From the NCBI RefSeq assembly GCF_022539665.2, contig NC_081331.1:10850001-10914000 (forward strand): a DNA stretch of 64,000 nucleotides, read 5' to 3'. Source of the stretch: Daphnia carinata (Eukaryota). Below, piece by piece: positions 31,647 to 46,400 of the stretch. Position 1 is the first letter of the stretch, and every line of letters begins with the position of its first letter. Made by a program: the position numbers and the translations under genes. The notes below the pieces were generated by a model that was given only the letters and a program-made list of their open reading frames with translations, was not told the DNA's origin and did not search any database.

Positions 31647-33493
31647 GACTTGTTAAGTTAAACCAAGCACCCCTTCTGCTAAAAAAGACTCATCGCAGAT
31701 CCTCTCCCACCAGCACATGACACTTGGACAAGTACAGAGAGGTCATAGAGCACTCTTCTCCACAGCCATTGAAGATGTATAGGTAGAAAAGAGACAAGGC
31801 AGGTCTGATGCTTCCTTCCAAATTTTTCTTCTTCAACTAAATAAAGCGTCCAATGCGCCGGCCACTATTTTAATAGACGTTTGCGAATCACTACGATGGC
31901 GGTAAAACGGGGCCTCCGATGCAGGGGCAGCAGCTTCTTCCGCCGACCGTGTAGAATTGAAACCTTCCTTCACGGCAACGGCTTTCACTTCAAAAAAAAA
32001 AAAGAACAACCCCGTCCCACCGTCTGTAGTCGTCCGAGATCTCCACAGTAGGGGTCGCCGCCAAATTTTCGATTTTTATGTAAACTTTTTTTTCCCGACA
32101 ATATGACGATTCGTTAACAGTCAACGACACAATCTTGCATCACAAAGTGAACGATGGCGAAAATTTTCCGTTCACAAATGATATTTCTTCTCCTGCCACT
32201 AGATATATCTACATTCTTCACCAGGACCAAGGACAAAATGGCTGCTGTTGATTTCTTAGCTTGGATCTAAGGGTCCAGCTCTGGTGGCAAATCTCGCAAG
32301 TTCTAGATGGTTTTTTTTTTATTATGCTACATTACTTTAAGATGTAAAAAATGTTTACGTTGTGACGTCCTGCTATTTCAAGTTATTTTGAATAAATTTT
32401 TTTCCTAGTGTAAAAAATTAATACTGCACAGCCAAATAGGAAATTATATCAGGTGTCAAAAATTTTTACCCAAGCTCATTACAATTCGTGTGAACTTGAG
32501 ACTATGTTGCCAGATTTCTACTTATACCGTTTTGCATACGTTTTTATTTATTTTTTCGGGCATCGTTTCTGAACGCGAACAGTTCCATTTACACATTTTT
32601 TTACATCAGTTAATTTTATAATCAAATTTTGAAAAATCAATAATATTATAAATAATCAAAATAATTCGCGTATTTTCCCCCTTAAAGCACCAGTTTTTCT
32701 GCGGTTCAGGAGAAATGTATAATATTATACAAGAACTGTTTACAAAGGGATGCGTGAATAATTTTGCAATTTCTTCCGCGGATAAAAAAATGTTAGAGGA
32801 ATTTCTTTTGGATCAGTAAGCAATTAAACAATGTAAGTGGAAAGGTTGAATTTCAGAGGGGGAGGGATGAGAACAATCCCTGTTACCTGTTGTTGTGTTT
32901 CTCAGTTTTGCAAGTTACTGAATGGCTTTAAAATGAAATTCACGCTAAATTAGTTTGTAGTTTTTACTTGTTGGCATAATAGAAGGCATTCATGAGCACA
33001 AGCTTTTTTCTTTTCAAATCTGATCGTTCAGCATATTGGTAAACTGCTATATTAAGGTAAACATAAAAGGGTCTGTTTTTATTTTTGGAAGGTACAGAGT
33101 ATAAAGTAATGCTATTTACTAAGGTCCATTCTGACAGAATGTAAATACAATGAAGCTTTACCCAAATCACCAATTAATATGTAATATTATGCCATAAAAA
33201 CACCGCATTTGTAGTGTAGCCAACATTTTGATGATTTAGGTGACGATGATGCAAAAATTACAGAAAAATTTAAAATCTAGCAAATAAAAATCTGTTAAAG
33301 ATTTTAAGAATGATCTGCACGTTCACAATTTGAAATACATCGATTTTCATTAAAGGCTTAGTCTTCAACCGATTTATCTACAAAACGAAATCAAGCATAC
33401 TAGTCGTCGGGAAAAAAACCTTTGAAATACGTTGTATTTGTCTTTTAGAAGGTAGGTTCAGCAACCTCTCAGTCTCAGCTACCTCTTACCAAA

Positions 33494-33501
33494 TGACGTC
33501 A
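33494..33501. promoter_or_regulatory. CRE/ATF palindrome in the CBP-AC9 divergent promoter region
   Basis: TGACGTCA, followed 10 bp later by AATGGCGGC (YY1-like motif). Confidence 0.35.
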
Positions 33502-34655
33502 TGAAAAAGCAATGGCGGCGCCTGAAGACGCATCTCAGTTTCGCGAAACCATGTCAAGAGTAATTGTGTTGCCTATATTCTAGGGGCGACCATCAAAATT
33601 TTCTCATATATTATAAATGCCAAGAACCTAGATACCTAATGGTTCTGACAAGATTTTGAAACTGTCAACTTTTTTTGATGATTTTTTTTTCTTGCATTTG
33701 GTAACTTCTAGGCATAGAATTACGGTGCAAGACAGAAAGGAAAATTTTTTCAACGGATTTAAATATGTCGTGTAGTTTCTTATGTTTACTATTTGAAAAA
33801 TTTTTCGTAAAGCTGAAATAGCCAAGTTTGACAGCCAGCAAGGGTAATGGCGATGTTACAAGGGGAGGGTAAGATGTGGCAGACAGAAGGAGCGGCTGTC
33901 TTGTCTGTCATGACTCCTCCCATTTACGTGAGAATATGATAATACTTAACGTTTTCAATTAATCTCCTTTAAATGAAAGGAAATGACGAAAATTTGTTAT
34001 CTCAGAATCCGTAAACAGTAGTTTCCCTTTCGAAATATCAAACTTGTGTTGTGGCTCGATAGCCTCTGCAAGTCGGAGGTGAGCAGAATGAGAAGTGAAA
34101 ACGTTACCTTGGGCCTGTTATGACTATTTGCTTTGGCTGCTACTGTATGCACTCGCTTACCCACACTGTGCTGAAATATAAACTATGGTATTGTTCAATA
34201 ATTCTTGTCTCTTGTGATGGATCTTTTTCTAACCATATGACTTGTCATTAGCACTTTAGTACGCCTTTGAAGGTATCCTTACTTCAGCAAACCCGCAAAA
34301 CTTTGCATCTGGATTTGACTACTCAGTATTATGTAGCTTGGAGTTATTGAAAAAGTTTTGCTAACTAGCCATGCCCAGTAGTGATGCTAACCGAAGGATG
34401 TACACAACTGACACGAATGTGTGTGACAGTAGAACAAGTTAATGCTTTCCACTCACCATTAGTAACATATAGAAATAGGCCTAACCTTGTAACAAGTTCT
34501 ACGTAGAAAGTATTCATGATCTTTAAATGATGGGTTGTGAAAGAAGTGGCTTTCACATGTTTTACAAACCAACCCCGATTTTGGGTTTTTAAGAATGAGA
34601 CATTATTTTTCCCATCTTATCCTCTAAATCCAGGTGGGGAAAGTGATGAACAAAG

Positions 34656-37600
34656 ATGACTAACCATGGTGCAGATCGTGTGAGAATCCACCAGCGCAAC
34701 ATCCTTACCGCTCTGCCTCAGAGGCCCACAGCCAACATGTCTCGCCGGTCGTCTTGCCGGAGCGGGAATAAGGATAACATGCGAAAGCATTCCTTACTCT
34801 TCCACCGAGCCTCGCCTTTCTGGTGGATCCCACGTTTCGATTCCGACATCTTGGAGGGACAGTATTGGCGCAGCACGTTCCCGCAGATCCGTTTACGTTT
34901 CCAACTCGCACTACTCTACGTGTTCATCGTTTCGCTGTCGTGGTGTGTCTACTTCAGTGCGGTTACCATCCATCACTGGCTAGCCTTTGCCATCTCCTGC
35001 CTTTTCATGCTCTTCCTCTCTGCCTTGGCCTTTTGTTTGACATTGACGTCAATTTACCAAAATCACCATTTGTTGTTTTCCTGCCTTATGGCTGTCTCTG
35101 TTTGTTTGGTGACCCTTCCTGCCCATTTAACTTGCCGACATGGCACTATTATCGAGGGTGAAGTTTCTCCTGCCGGCTTACTCGCCTTGTCCATGGAAGC
35201 CCTCTTGCTTATTTACACCGTCATCCCGCTACCGCTGTACATGTGCATCGGCATCAGTAGCATCTACTCCGTATCGGTTGAGGCACTCTCCATCTTTGTT
35301 GCCTCCTGCGAGACCAACGCAGCTGCCGCACTTGTTCGAGCTTTACTTCACCTGGGTGTCCATCTCATTGGGATTCATATTTTCATCATGACGCAAGTCC
35401 GGATGCGATGCACTTTCCTTAAAGTTGGCCAACTGCTGCTCGTACGGTTAGTACTGAAAACAAAATGTTTCATAAAAATTTCACTTTTGTTAGTAAGATT
35501 CTATTTTATTTGCAGGCGGGAACTGGAAGAAGAAGCTCAATTAAAGGAAAAAATGATTCGATCCGTTATGCCACCAAAAGTTGCCGATTGGCTCATGAAA
35601 GACGGACATGATGAAGGTGATGAAGACGACGATAATCAGTCTAACGAAGAAAAATATCGTGGTGGCAAACTTTCATCTGGTGTCAACGATCAGTTACGCA
35701 CCATCTTCCGTCCTTTCAACATGCATCGCATGGAAAATGTCAGCATTCTCTTTGCCGATATTGTCGGTTTCACACAAATGAGCTCCAACAAGACGGCCGA
35801 GCAACTGGTTGGTCTGCTCAATGATTTATTTGGCCGCTTTGACTTACTGTGTGGTCAGCATGGTTGTGAGAAGATATCTACACTTGGCGACTGCTACTAC
35901 TGCGTAGCTGGCTGCCCAGAACCTCGTCCGGATCACGCTGGCTGCTGCGTGGATATGGGCCTTAGCATGATAGAAGCTATCGGCCGGTTCGACGAAGAAC
36001 GCGGCGAAAATGTTAGCATGCGTGTTGGCGTTCACACCGGAACTGTACTTTGTGGCATCGTCGGCGTCAAGCGTTTCAAATTTGACGTTTGGTCCAATGA
36101 CGTCACGTTAGCCAATCAAATGGAATCGACAGGGAAACCCAGCCAAGTCCACGTAACACAAGCCACATTTGCCTTACTCGACCAAGAGGTCTATTTGTCC
36201 GAGGAAGGGGCTGTCTATCACGGTTTGTTACATTCTATCATTGAATAAAGCTATTAATAATTTCTTCATTTTTAAGCAGGATTGAAAACTTACTTTGTTT
36301 TGGGTCGGAAAAACAAAATAAATATTGAGGATTCAACAACTGCCGAATTCAACGCCATGTGGGTGGATGAAACTGATCCCACAATTTCTTTACCTTATGG
36401 AGTTGCTGGACCGTCTCTAGTGCCTATCAGCGCAAACAATGCCAACGCAAACAGTAAAAAAGCCAATTCACTTCCTAGTATTTTGGATATTTTGGATGAA
36501 GTGGCCACAAGTAGCGATAGCAACAGCAACATGCCATGCGAATCAGCTCCATTAAGATCTTCTCGCTCCGTAAGTCAGGATCGCAAAAAGAAAAATATCC
36601 ATTATCATGCCCAACGGTCGCAACAAGACGAGTTGTCTCCGTTATCTGCAGGTGATTATTATCATAAATATTTTACCTTCCTGTACTGCTTAGAAATTTC
36701 TTTGTACACCATTTAGCTCCCATGTCAATGGAAATGCGAAGTAGTAACGCTATTGTCTGCCCGGCCGGTCAGAACGGTAGAACGGACGAATTGTCTCTTT
36801 TTCCATCAGTAGAGTCGTTTATGAGAGCACAAGGGGCAACCAGTACTCCCAGCACTCTGCAACGTAGACCAACTGCATCTAACACTTCACAGCTAGGTGT
36901 AGGTGGTATCACCGATATGGAACGTTCACCTACTAGCATGAGTTTAGCTCTTTACAATAAAGACGAGCTCGCTGAATTAGAAGGTGCAGTGACCGAAAAC
37001 AGTGTTGGACTTCACGCCAGTCTCAGCCGATTCCACCAACTGCGCAAACAGTCGGACTTGGCCATGATCCGGTGTATTCAAGAAGATGAGTCTCATCGTG
37101 TCTATTTCATGCGTCCACCTTTAAGTCAGGTCACATTATTTTTTATCGATACAGCAATGGAAAAGGTATGAGAATTTTAACGAACCTGTTGGAATTTGTT
37201 GTTCATAGTACTTCTTTCTCCAGGAATATAGAGCTCGAGCCCATCAGCCAGATCAACCCGGGGCACGTCTTACATTAGCATCACCTACGTACAACACCTA
37301 TCTGGATATCTTGGTCTCGGCGGTGACGTTTGTGCTAGTTTCGCTTTCGTGCCTTGTTCACTTTGATTTCTCGTTATCATGGGGCATCGTTTTCTTCTGG
37401 GGAGCGTTGATTTTATTGGCAACCAGCGCCATTTTCTTACATAACTTGTGCTGCGAAGATGCTGTTGGCCGGAACTTGTTTTCTATCGTCCACAACTGGT
37501 GTACGCGTTGGTATTCGTGGCACGTCTGCGGCGCTCTACTTATGAGCTTACCCGTCTTGGCGGTCATGTCTAACTTTGGATGCCGAGTGGTCGAAGAGAA

Positions 37601-38681
37601 AGAAGAATCCAGCCGTATCTTCTGGTATCTGTTTTTCTTCAGCCTCGTTCATTTTTGTAACTTCACGCAGCTCAACTGTTGGATGAAGAATGCTCTGGCA
37701 GCCCTCGCCGCACTTCTTCTCATTGTCCTCGTCTCTACGCCCGTTTGCCCGTGCGATTCCATTACTCTCAACACCAATTCCAGCGGCAGCACTGACGGTA
37801 TTCCCAACTTTACAGAGACCGACTATGAGAAGACGGAATTGGCCTTGTGTTACGAGATTATTTTACACTTACTTCTACTACTCTTGCTCGTCTGCTTCCT
37901 GAATCGCGAATTCGAAATCAGCTTCCGACTGAGTTTCCACTGCAACACAGTGGCTGCAAGAGGAAAAGCCAAAGTGCAAAGCCTTCGAGACCAAGCCGAT
38001 TGGCTGTTGCACAATCTTCTTCCACCTCATGTGGTCGAGCGGATGAGAGCTCGTCCCGGCTACTCCGAAAACCACCGCCAGGCCGGCATTCTGTTTGCTA
38101 GCCTCGTCAACTTCAATGAAATGTACGACGAATCATATTTAGGCGGACGCGAATACCTGCGCGTCCTCAACGAGCTTATTAGTGATTTTGACGAGCTTCT
38201 TGGCCAACCTCAGTTCAAAAATGTGGATAAAATCAAGACGATCGGTAGTACTTACATGGCGGCATCCGGGCTCAACTCGGAAGTCCGATCCCGGAATTCT
38301 CACCGTCATCAGCATCTCTTTGAACTGATCGAATTCGCCTTACAGATGCAACGAGTCTTACAGAATTTCAACCAAAATTTGCTCGAATTCAACCTGATCA
38401 TCCGCATTGGCTACAACTGCGGTGACGTAACGGCCGGTGTCATGACAGGAGGCATCGGGACCATGTCGAAGCTTCACTACGACATCTGGGGAGACGCCGT
38501 CAATATTGCCAGCCGGATGGACTCGACAGGTGTTCACGGTCGAGTTCAAACGACCGAAGCTTGCGTTCAAGTACTAGAAGAGCGCTACGATTTTGAGAAA
38601 CGTGGAACCGTCTACGTCAAAGGCAAGAACGATATGAATGTTTACTTGTTGGGCGAAAAGAAAAAGACAAGTCTGTTTTAA
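34656..38681 (+). CDS. ADCY9: Adenylate cyclase type 9 (two TM clusters, C1 and C2 catalytic domains)
   Basis: WWIPRFDSDILEGQY..FPQIRLRFQ (AC9-type N-region); C1 FRPFNMHRMENVSILFADIVGFT..KISTLGDCYYCVAGCP; C2 KIKTIGSTYMAASGL..YDIWGDAVNIASRMDSTG. Confidence 0.95.
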
Positions 38682-39457
38682 AATCTCCCCATCTTTGTCT
38701 GAAAGCAAAGCTGCCATTTTAACAAAGAAGAAGGAAACAAATTACCTCTAAATCAACAGTGACTCTCACATCACGGAGGTTGTGCCATCACGAAAAGTCG
38801 TCTCTAGTTCGGCTTGTCGATTGCTAACATTTTATCTCTTTTTAACTAAGATGATAACTAACAGTCGCTTGCGTTGTTGTTTTTGTTTACCATTCCCTCG
38901 TAACTTCCCTTGCGTGCGCGATTGCTGTTTCAGTCCGTAGAAATCCGATAGTTGTTTTTATCTTATGACGTGTGCATGTGATCGATGTATCTTCCATCTC
39001 CGTCAACGATATCGCTGCCGTGCCTTTCGACCTATTTTTTTTCTTTTTTTGCCTTTTAAAAATCAAAATGAAACTGTCCTGCCTTTTGTGGATTGTACTA
39101 AAAGAATGCCAAACTATTTTAACCATGTTCCGTTTTACTGCGTAGCGCCGTCTGCCTGCGACCAAAAGATGTTTTTATTACAGTGAATTGTTTGTAATGT
39201 ACAGGGATAAAAGATAAAGATCTGAATTAATCCCACGACACTGATTAAACGTGCACGGGTACTCGTGCTTTAATAAAAATTTTTAATCTCGTTATTAAAT
39301 CTATTTCATTATGCGAAAAAAGTTACCAAAGCCCATAACACGGAAATTCAGTTAACATCCTAAAAGATAACTGACTTAATAGCTCATTCCAAGCTACGCA
39401 TTGAAATATCCTACAACTAATAGCTTCCTTTGTTAGCAGAAGCTACAACAGTTCTTG

Positions 39458-42400
39458 TCAGTCGCAACGAGCCAACACAAACCCCATGCGACAGGGGACG
39501 TACACCTGGAAATAAAGTTATAGTCAATTAATAACATCTAAAATTAAGCTTCGTAGAAACAACCGTACCATTAATGAATTTGGGTAGTCTCCAAAAGATT
39601 CCGGAAGTGAAAAAAAATCGGTGTTATGGTCCAATCGTCCATGACCCCCAAATGTTTTGTCATCTGAGTCTAGCACAATGCGATACTTGCCAGCATTTGG
39701 TACAGCAATGCGGTAGTCGGTGAAACTCTGTGTCGAGTTAAAATTGAAGACAAACACCAAACCAGCACGATCGAATGAAATGACTTTGTCTCCCTCGTGC
39801 TTTGTACTTACGTGAGCCTAGACAAACGAAGATTGCATTAGACCGGAACAAGAAAAAGTCGGTAGCAAAGTCGATTACTGGATTTGTATGCAGCCATCCG
39901 TACTGTTCTTCCAAGTTATTCATTGCTGTGTCAAAATCATTCAGGTAATGGTACTTGAGAAGATGATTGTCGACAAGATTCCATTGCCTCCGTGCATAAT
40001 GGAAGGATTCATTGTTACCGACCCGAGGAAAATCCAACCATTCAGGATGGCCAAATTCATTCCCTAGATTTAAATTTAATAAAATTACACTTTTCCCAAA
40101 ATCAATAACTTAACATAATAGAAGAAATTGACGTACCAATAAAATTGAGATAACCTTCTCCACCTAAAGCATGCGTTATGAGTCGAATCATCTTGTGCAA
40201 GGCCATGCCCCGATCTATCACCGGCGATGACTCTGATAACACTGACATATGCGTATACATCTCCTTGTCCATCAACCAAAATGCTATTGTCTTGTCACCC
40301 ACCAAGGCCTATATTCGATGATTAAAAATTGAGCTTTTAACAGTGAAAGAATTTCATTTCTACGAAAAAATTTAGGTAAAACAGGTTCTCGCACAAACCT
40401 GATCGTGAGATTCGGCGTAAGCGATTGTTTTTTCCATCCATCGCCTGTTAGTCAACGTGTGGACGAGGTTACCGATGTTCCAGTCTTCATCTTTATATTC
40501 TTTTAAAAGCTGGATCCACTTATCAGGAATGGCCATTCCCAATCGATAATCGAATCCAGAACCGCCTTCTCTTATTGGTCTGCACAACGCTGGCATGCCG
40601 GATACATCCTAAAGACAAAATGGAGAATTAAATTAACAGCCGAAAAAGCATTCAGTGACGAATACACAGTGCAATTGCTCAGATATATAGTTTCAAGCTC
40701 AATTCTTAGTTTGATACCTCGGCTATGGTGATGACATCCGGGTAAATATCTTGCAATACATAGTTAGCCATCATTAGGTAGCACACTGCGTCTGTGTCCG
40801 TGTTAAGACCGAAATATTCATTGTAGTCACCACTGAATCCTTGACCGATTCCCCGCGAATGATATAACATCGATGTGACGCCATCAAACCTTCGGTGGGC
40901 AAGAAGAAATTCATAAATTTAAACGCTATTACACAAGACAAATCACTGTTTTGACTTACCGGAATCCATCGAATTGGAACGCTTCCATATACCACCTCAG
41001 ATTTGAGAGTAAAAAGCGTAACACTTCCCAGCTACAGTAAACATCAATATAAATGAATAGACAGCGCAAATAAGGAGAAAATTTTTGTTTACCTTGAATA
41101 ATTAAACAGCCGGCTGTCCCAGAGTGCATGTATACCGCGTGGGCCTCCATGGAAAAAGCAGGAATCTGTGCCATCGAATTCGTTTAGACCGTCTAACACG
41201 TTTTTGGAGGCGTGCGAATGGACAACATCAAGGAGAACGACCAGACCATGAGAATGTGCAACATCTATCAGCTCTTTGAGTTCTTCCGGGTTCCCAAATC
41301 GACTAAAATATCCAAACAACGTCCGTCATAAACATAATAAATAATTAGAATTTAAAATAAGCAAAGAAGACCTTGAAGCTGCATAAAAACTGGTAACTTG
41401 GTACCCAAAGCTACCGTAGTATGCGTGTTCCATTATAGCCATTAACTGAAGGGCGTTGTAACCTAGACATACGAAAAATGAGTTGATAAACAAAACTTTT
41501 TCACCAAAAGAGGCACTTACAACTATAAAAAAAAACAGTTTACTTACCAAGTTTCACAATGCGCGGAATAACGTTTTCCCTAAATTCCTTGTAAGATCCA
41601 ACTTTTCCTTCCTCAGTGGCGATTCCAATATGGCATTCGTATATTCTAAGGCTATCAGGTCGTTTAGGGCGTGCATTTTTAAATTCATATGCCTAATAAA
41701 AAGTATTTTTATTATTCTTCTATTGTACAAATAATGTTTATGGCTCATAATACCTGAGGTGGATGCCAAACAACTTGTTGATAAGCACAACCTTCATTGG
41801 CTGGGGGTTGAACAACATAAGTTGCCCACGGGGACAACCTATCCAACAATGATCCATCATCTTTTTCAACAACAACCTACAGAATTTAAGTAAATACTCT
41901 AACCCCAATATTTGGAATCAATAAAGCTCATCACAGAACTAACCTTCACTTTTGAACCATGCTTAGTTGGACAAGATCCATCTGCATTGGCAGGAAGATG
42001 TAGTTCCCATTTTCCAAAGTCAAGCTTTGTATATGGATTTCTCGTTTTCTCCCATCCATCTGAAAGCAATTCAACCATGATGTTTAACAATGAAAGACAA
42101 AAAAGTATGTAAAAAAATATAAATGTTGCATACTGAAATCTCCATACAGGTATAGCTGTCGAGCTCCTGGTGCCCATTCCTTGCATGAAACACTGTTGTC
42201 TTGGTTAACATGGATCCCAAATGACTTATAACCAGACGTGAATTTATCGATGCCTCCTTCACATTGGCAAATTTCTTTTCTCAGCTTATCAAATGTACCA
42301 TATCTGAAACATAACATGGAAAAACATCAACGTAGGCAAACACTTAACAGTAGAAACACAAAATTAAAGATAGTACCTACGCCGAATCTCATTTTCATGA

Positions 42401-42498
42401 GGTTTTAAGTAAGGATCTCTTTCCAAAAGTTTCTCAATTTCTGGTACGACATAAATTTCTTCTTGTTTACTCTCTTCAGATTTAATCTGAGATTCCAT
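39458..42498 (-). CDS. GBE1: 1,4-alpha-glucan (glycogen) branching enzyme, multi-exon; may be extended upstream to 42775
   Basis: [97 protein letters not shown]; last exon [15 protein letters not shown]. Confidence 0.96.
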
Positions 42499-43471
42499 TT
42501 TGTAGTAGATCACGTTTCGAAACGTAAAGTTATTCACAATGCTTCGATGACTAGTTGTCAGTAGTGTCAAAAGCAATTTGGATGTATTTAGCGTTTTCTT
42601 CCTTTGGACAAAGCCCAAAAAGGGCGATACGTGAAGGAAAAGAATCAAACCCTGAAGTGCATAACTGATGCACGTGTGCTCTTCTCAACGACCAATAAGA
42701 GCGTCGAGATAACAGCTGATTCGTGGACCTTAGGTTGGCCGTACCTGTCAAGGTCACGAAACATCTGAAAGACATTTTTCTCCTTCCAAATTTTGAAAAC
42801 TTTTTTTTATCACCCACGAGTTTATGGAGACATACAAAAATATGTATTCGGATCCGTTGGATTATATAATATTTATTCCAATATCCAATTATTTTAAAGG
42901 TGGCTCTAGAAAACCAACTGGGCTAGTGAACAAAATAGCAAGATAGACGCGTTGAGTGGGACACAAGGTTTACAATAAGTGAAAACGAGTTCACGGATAA
43001 CCAGCAATAACACATACAATGAAAATGCATTTTTCGATCCTTAAGTCTCCGTAATTTCACTTGCAGAACTCTCCCATCGCGGCAGGTTCTTTTTGATTCT
43101 AACATAAAGTACGTGATTTTATGATGGTTTACACACATAGAAACAGTGGCTATGCGCAATAAACATGATTGAAGTACAAATTTTGCAGCTGTCTCAAAGT
43201 CAATTCAATCCCTTACGACTGATTTCTGTTTCTAACATTAACACTTACAAAACAAACAATCACGGATAAAAATGAACAAACATACCATAAACAACGAGAC
43301 ATACCAACAACAACGACCCATTTTGCAAAGTTAAAAACATACGACGATAAAATATTTTGTGCTAATTTCTTCCTTATTAAGAATTGTCTGGGTCTTGATT
43401 GCAAGAGTGTGATTCTCTGTGATTAAAAACAAAACAAGATGTCCGATAAAACATGATCGCCTTTTCTCATT

Positions 43472-46400
43472 TCACTTTTTGGCCGAAGTTGAACTGTTGT
43501 TCGACCCTCTAGGCCTAATCGATTCCGATATCTGCCACATACTCTCTTCACCAAGATGGTCGTTAAACTCGTTGAAAAAGGCGACGATACGATCGTTGCG
43601 TTTAAACTGGTAGTGACACTTTTGGAAACGACGCATGTTTTCCAATATGTGGAATTGCTGCCAGCGTTTGCCAAAATTGATCCGGCCGTCGCTTAACGTG
43701 TCCGGATTCCCGATGTGCACGAAGGTCAGGTCCTGCAAGATAAGGCCGATATACGGGATGCAAGGTGGCTGTGTGTCAGCCAATGCTTGTCGGTAAGCTC
43801 GGAATGAAGATGAACTGTCGATCAGAGCACAATATTCCTGTCCACAAAAATTAAATGAATTACAACGGCCAATTTGAGATCGATGTTAAGCAAACGCTAC
43901 CTGGAGTCCATCGGTGATGGATTTCTGCCACTCTAATCGACGCACCGGTGCCGAATCGAGCGCAGAGAGCAGGGCAAGATACGAGTTAAAGTTGTTCAAT
44001 CTTCTTAAATGCTTCATTATCTTAATGTATTTCACGACATAGCGTTCCCGATCACGAGCTTCTTGCTGTTCCAGGATTCTGGAACGTGCCCAGTAGGACA
44101 TTTTGTTAAAGTGTTCCGTGAATAGATTCAAGTTGGGCGATTTTTCTTCGTTTTGTTCTTGAGCCCAAACGAGCACCTCGGGAATTTCGATGCGCAAGAA
44201 AAGATCCGCGTCCAACATTGTCATCTGCTCGGCTAACTCTCCCGATTTGAAATCCAAGAGGTGACTCTGTCGCGTCGTTACACCAAGACTGGTTAGCACC
44301 GGGGGGACCTGAGAGCTAGTAATTCTGAGACGACGGGCAGTACATTTTTCGAGGAACTTCTTTCGGAGTGCTTTGGCCAAGACAAGGTCACCACTACTGA
44401 TAAGCTGGCTTTGAAAGTCGATGATTTGACGCATCAGTTTATCTTCCAATTCGGAAAGGGCAAGGTCGTCCACCACACCAATCAACAAAGAGAAAGCGCT
44501 GCGACCGACACGTTGGAGATGAACATCCGGTGAGCGTACGAAGTGATGAAATCTTACACGCAAAAAGATTATTATTAGTTGAAAATCACACAATAATAAA
44601 AATTAAGGCTAAATAGTACTGAAATTTACCGATGAATAAGTTTGCGCGTTAGTTCAGACGGGGTAATGAACGTCCTGTACGTAGCTAAAAATGCTGTCTG
44701 ATAAAAGTAGTCGTCCTTGTTGAGTTTCGCTGCGTGCGTGATTAGAGCGTCCAGGCTACCACCACGCACTTCTGGGCCCTCATCTTCTGGTTGCTTCAGA
44801 ACGAGTTCCGAACTGAGGTCAACCTTCTCCATAGCATCTTCGTTGTCCGATTCTGGGTCGACCTTGTCTATACCATTAGTGTTACTGGGAGGTGGCGCTT
44901 TGATTGAGGCAAGTGGCCGGGTGATGGGCTGCGTGTCAGCTTCGGGTAGATGTGCCATCGACGTTGCTGAGATTTCGTGGTGGGGTAGCACCGTTGACGA
45001 GTTAATGGACGATCTACCCCTTTTGGGTGGCAATATCGGTGGCGGATGAGGGGGAGCGACTACATAGTTGTTGGTTCGCGATGAAAATGATTCACGTTCA
45101 CTGCGCGATTGCCTAGTGTCCCACATAGCTGCCTTTTGATAGTAATCTTCCATTGTCTTCCTGAAAAGTTCGAGTTCGACTTCACTCGGTTGCGAGTATT
45201 GTCCAACAGCTGCCATGTATTCTTTGACATGTCGTTTTTTGGGCGGAAGTGGCGGTGCATTGCCGTCGTTACCGCTGCTAATCGTCACCAACTGTTCAAC
45301 GCGGCTGCTGAATTCGCGATGCATTTGTAACGTCGTAGTGGTACCGCTGACCGATGCCGAGGTGTGAACTCGTTTCTCTTCACTAAAATGAAACGCTCCC
45401 CTGTCATAAGCAAGAAAAATAGAGATTATAGAAAGTAGCCATCAACATAACTTGCTGTTTTTAAACTCACATTTCTTCTTGTTTCACAGCCATGAAACCA
45501 GCAAGTGAAGAACAAGGTGAAATGCCACAGTCGGTCTGATCGACATTGTCGTATTGGGACGGCAACCTATTGGCTCGTTGGCGACGTTTGGCCGGCAAGG
45601 CTGGCGGGACGGCAAGGGCAACCATATGATCCTCGCTGGCTGACATTTTGGAGGATAAAGAGGTGGCATTGGTAGCGGAACACTGGAAAGCTGATGAGGA
45701 CGATTGGTGATGGGTGTTGTAGGAAGCAAACGAAGAAGTCGACGAAGAAGAAAAGACGCTAGTCGAACTGGTGGCCATTGTGACATCTCTGCGACGCTCT
45801 TGGGACGCTTCCCATCTCGATTCCGAGCTCTGCAGTCAAACGAGAAGATTAAATCCAAAACGTCTAATGAAGATGAGAATTGCATTACCTGCTGCTCAAA
45901 CATTCCATGCATGGCCAGTGAGTTTATGTGCATAACCGAATCAAAGCTTTCGTTTAACCAAGGTTGACTGGGCACTAAATCAGGGAGGCCAGGCGGGTTA
46001 CCCCAGCCGGGACTGAACGGACTGATGGACCAGCCACCCATTGGCGATAAGCTACCACCTATAGATCGTTTTTTTGGCGGTAATGGAGGTGGAGTCAAAG
46101 GATCTCCGATGGACAAGGCAGCCATTTCACCTACTAAGGAAATAGTGTGTTTTCAGAGGACGCTAAAACATAATTGGTAACGTTTTCGAAAATATACCAA
46201 AATCGCTCAGCAGCCCTTTAAGTGGTAGAGGTGGTTTCGGTGGTGGTGACTGATCCAACTCCTCAGGTAAAGAATCGGAGCTCCAGTCTACACTACCGGG
46301 TGCGTCCTCTAATAAACTTCCATCCGACGATTTCGAGACGCGATTGAGGCTCGGTGCAGGCAGCAAACCGTCAATACTGTAAACAACCAGAAATGCATAC

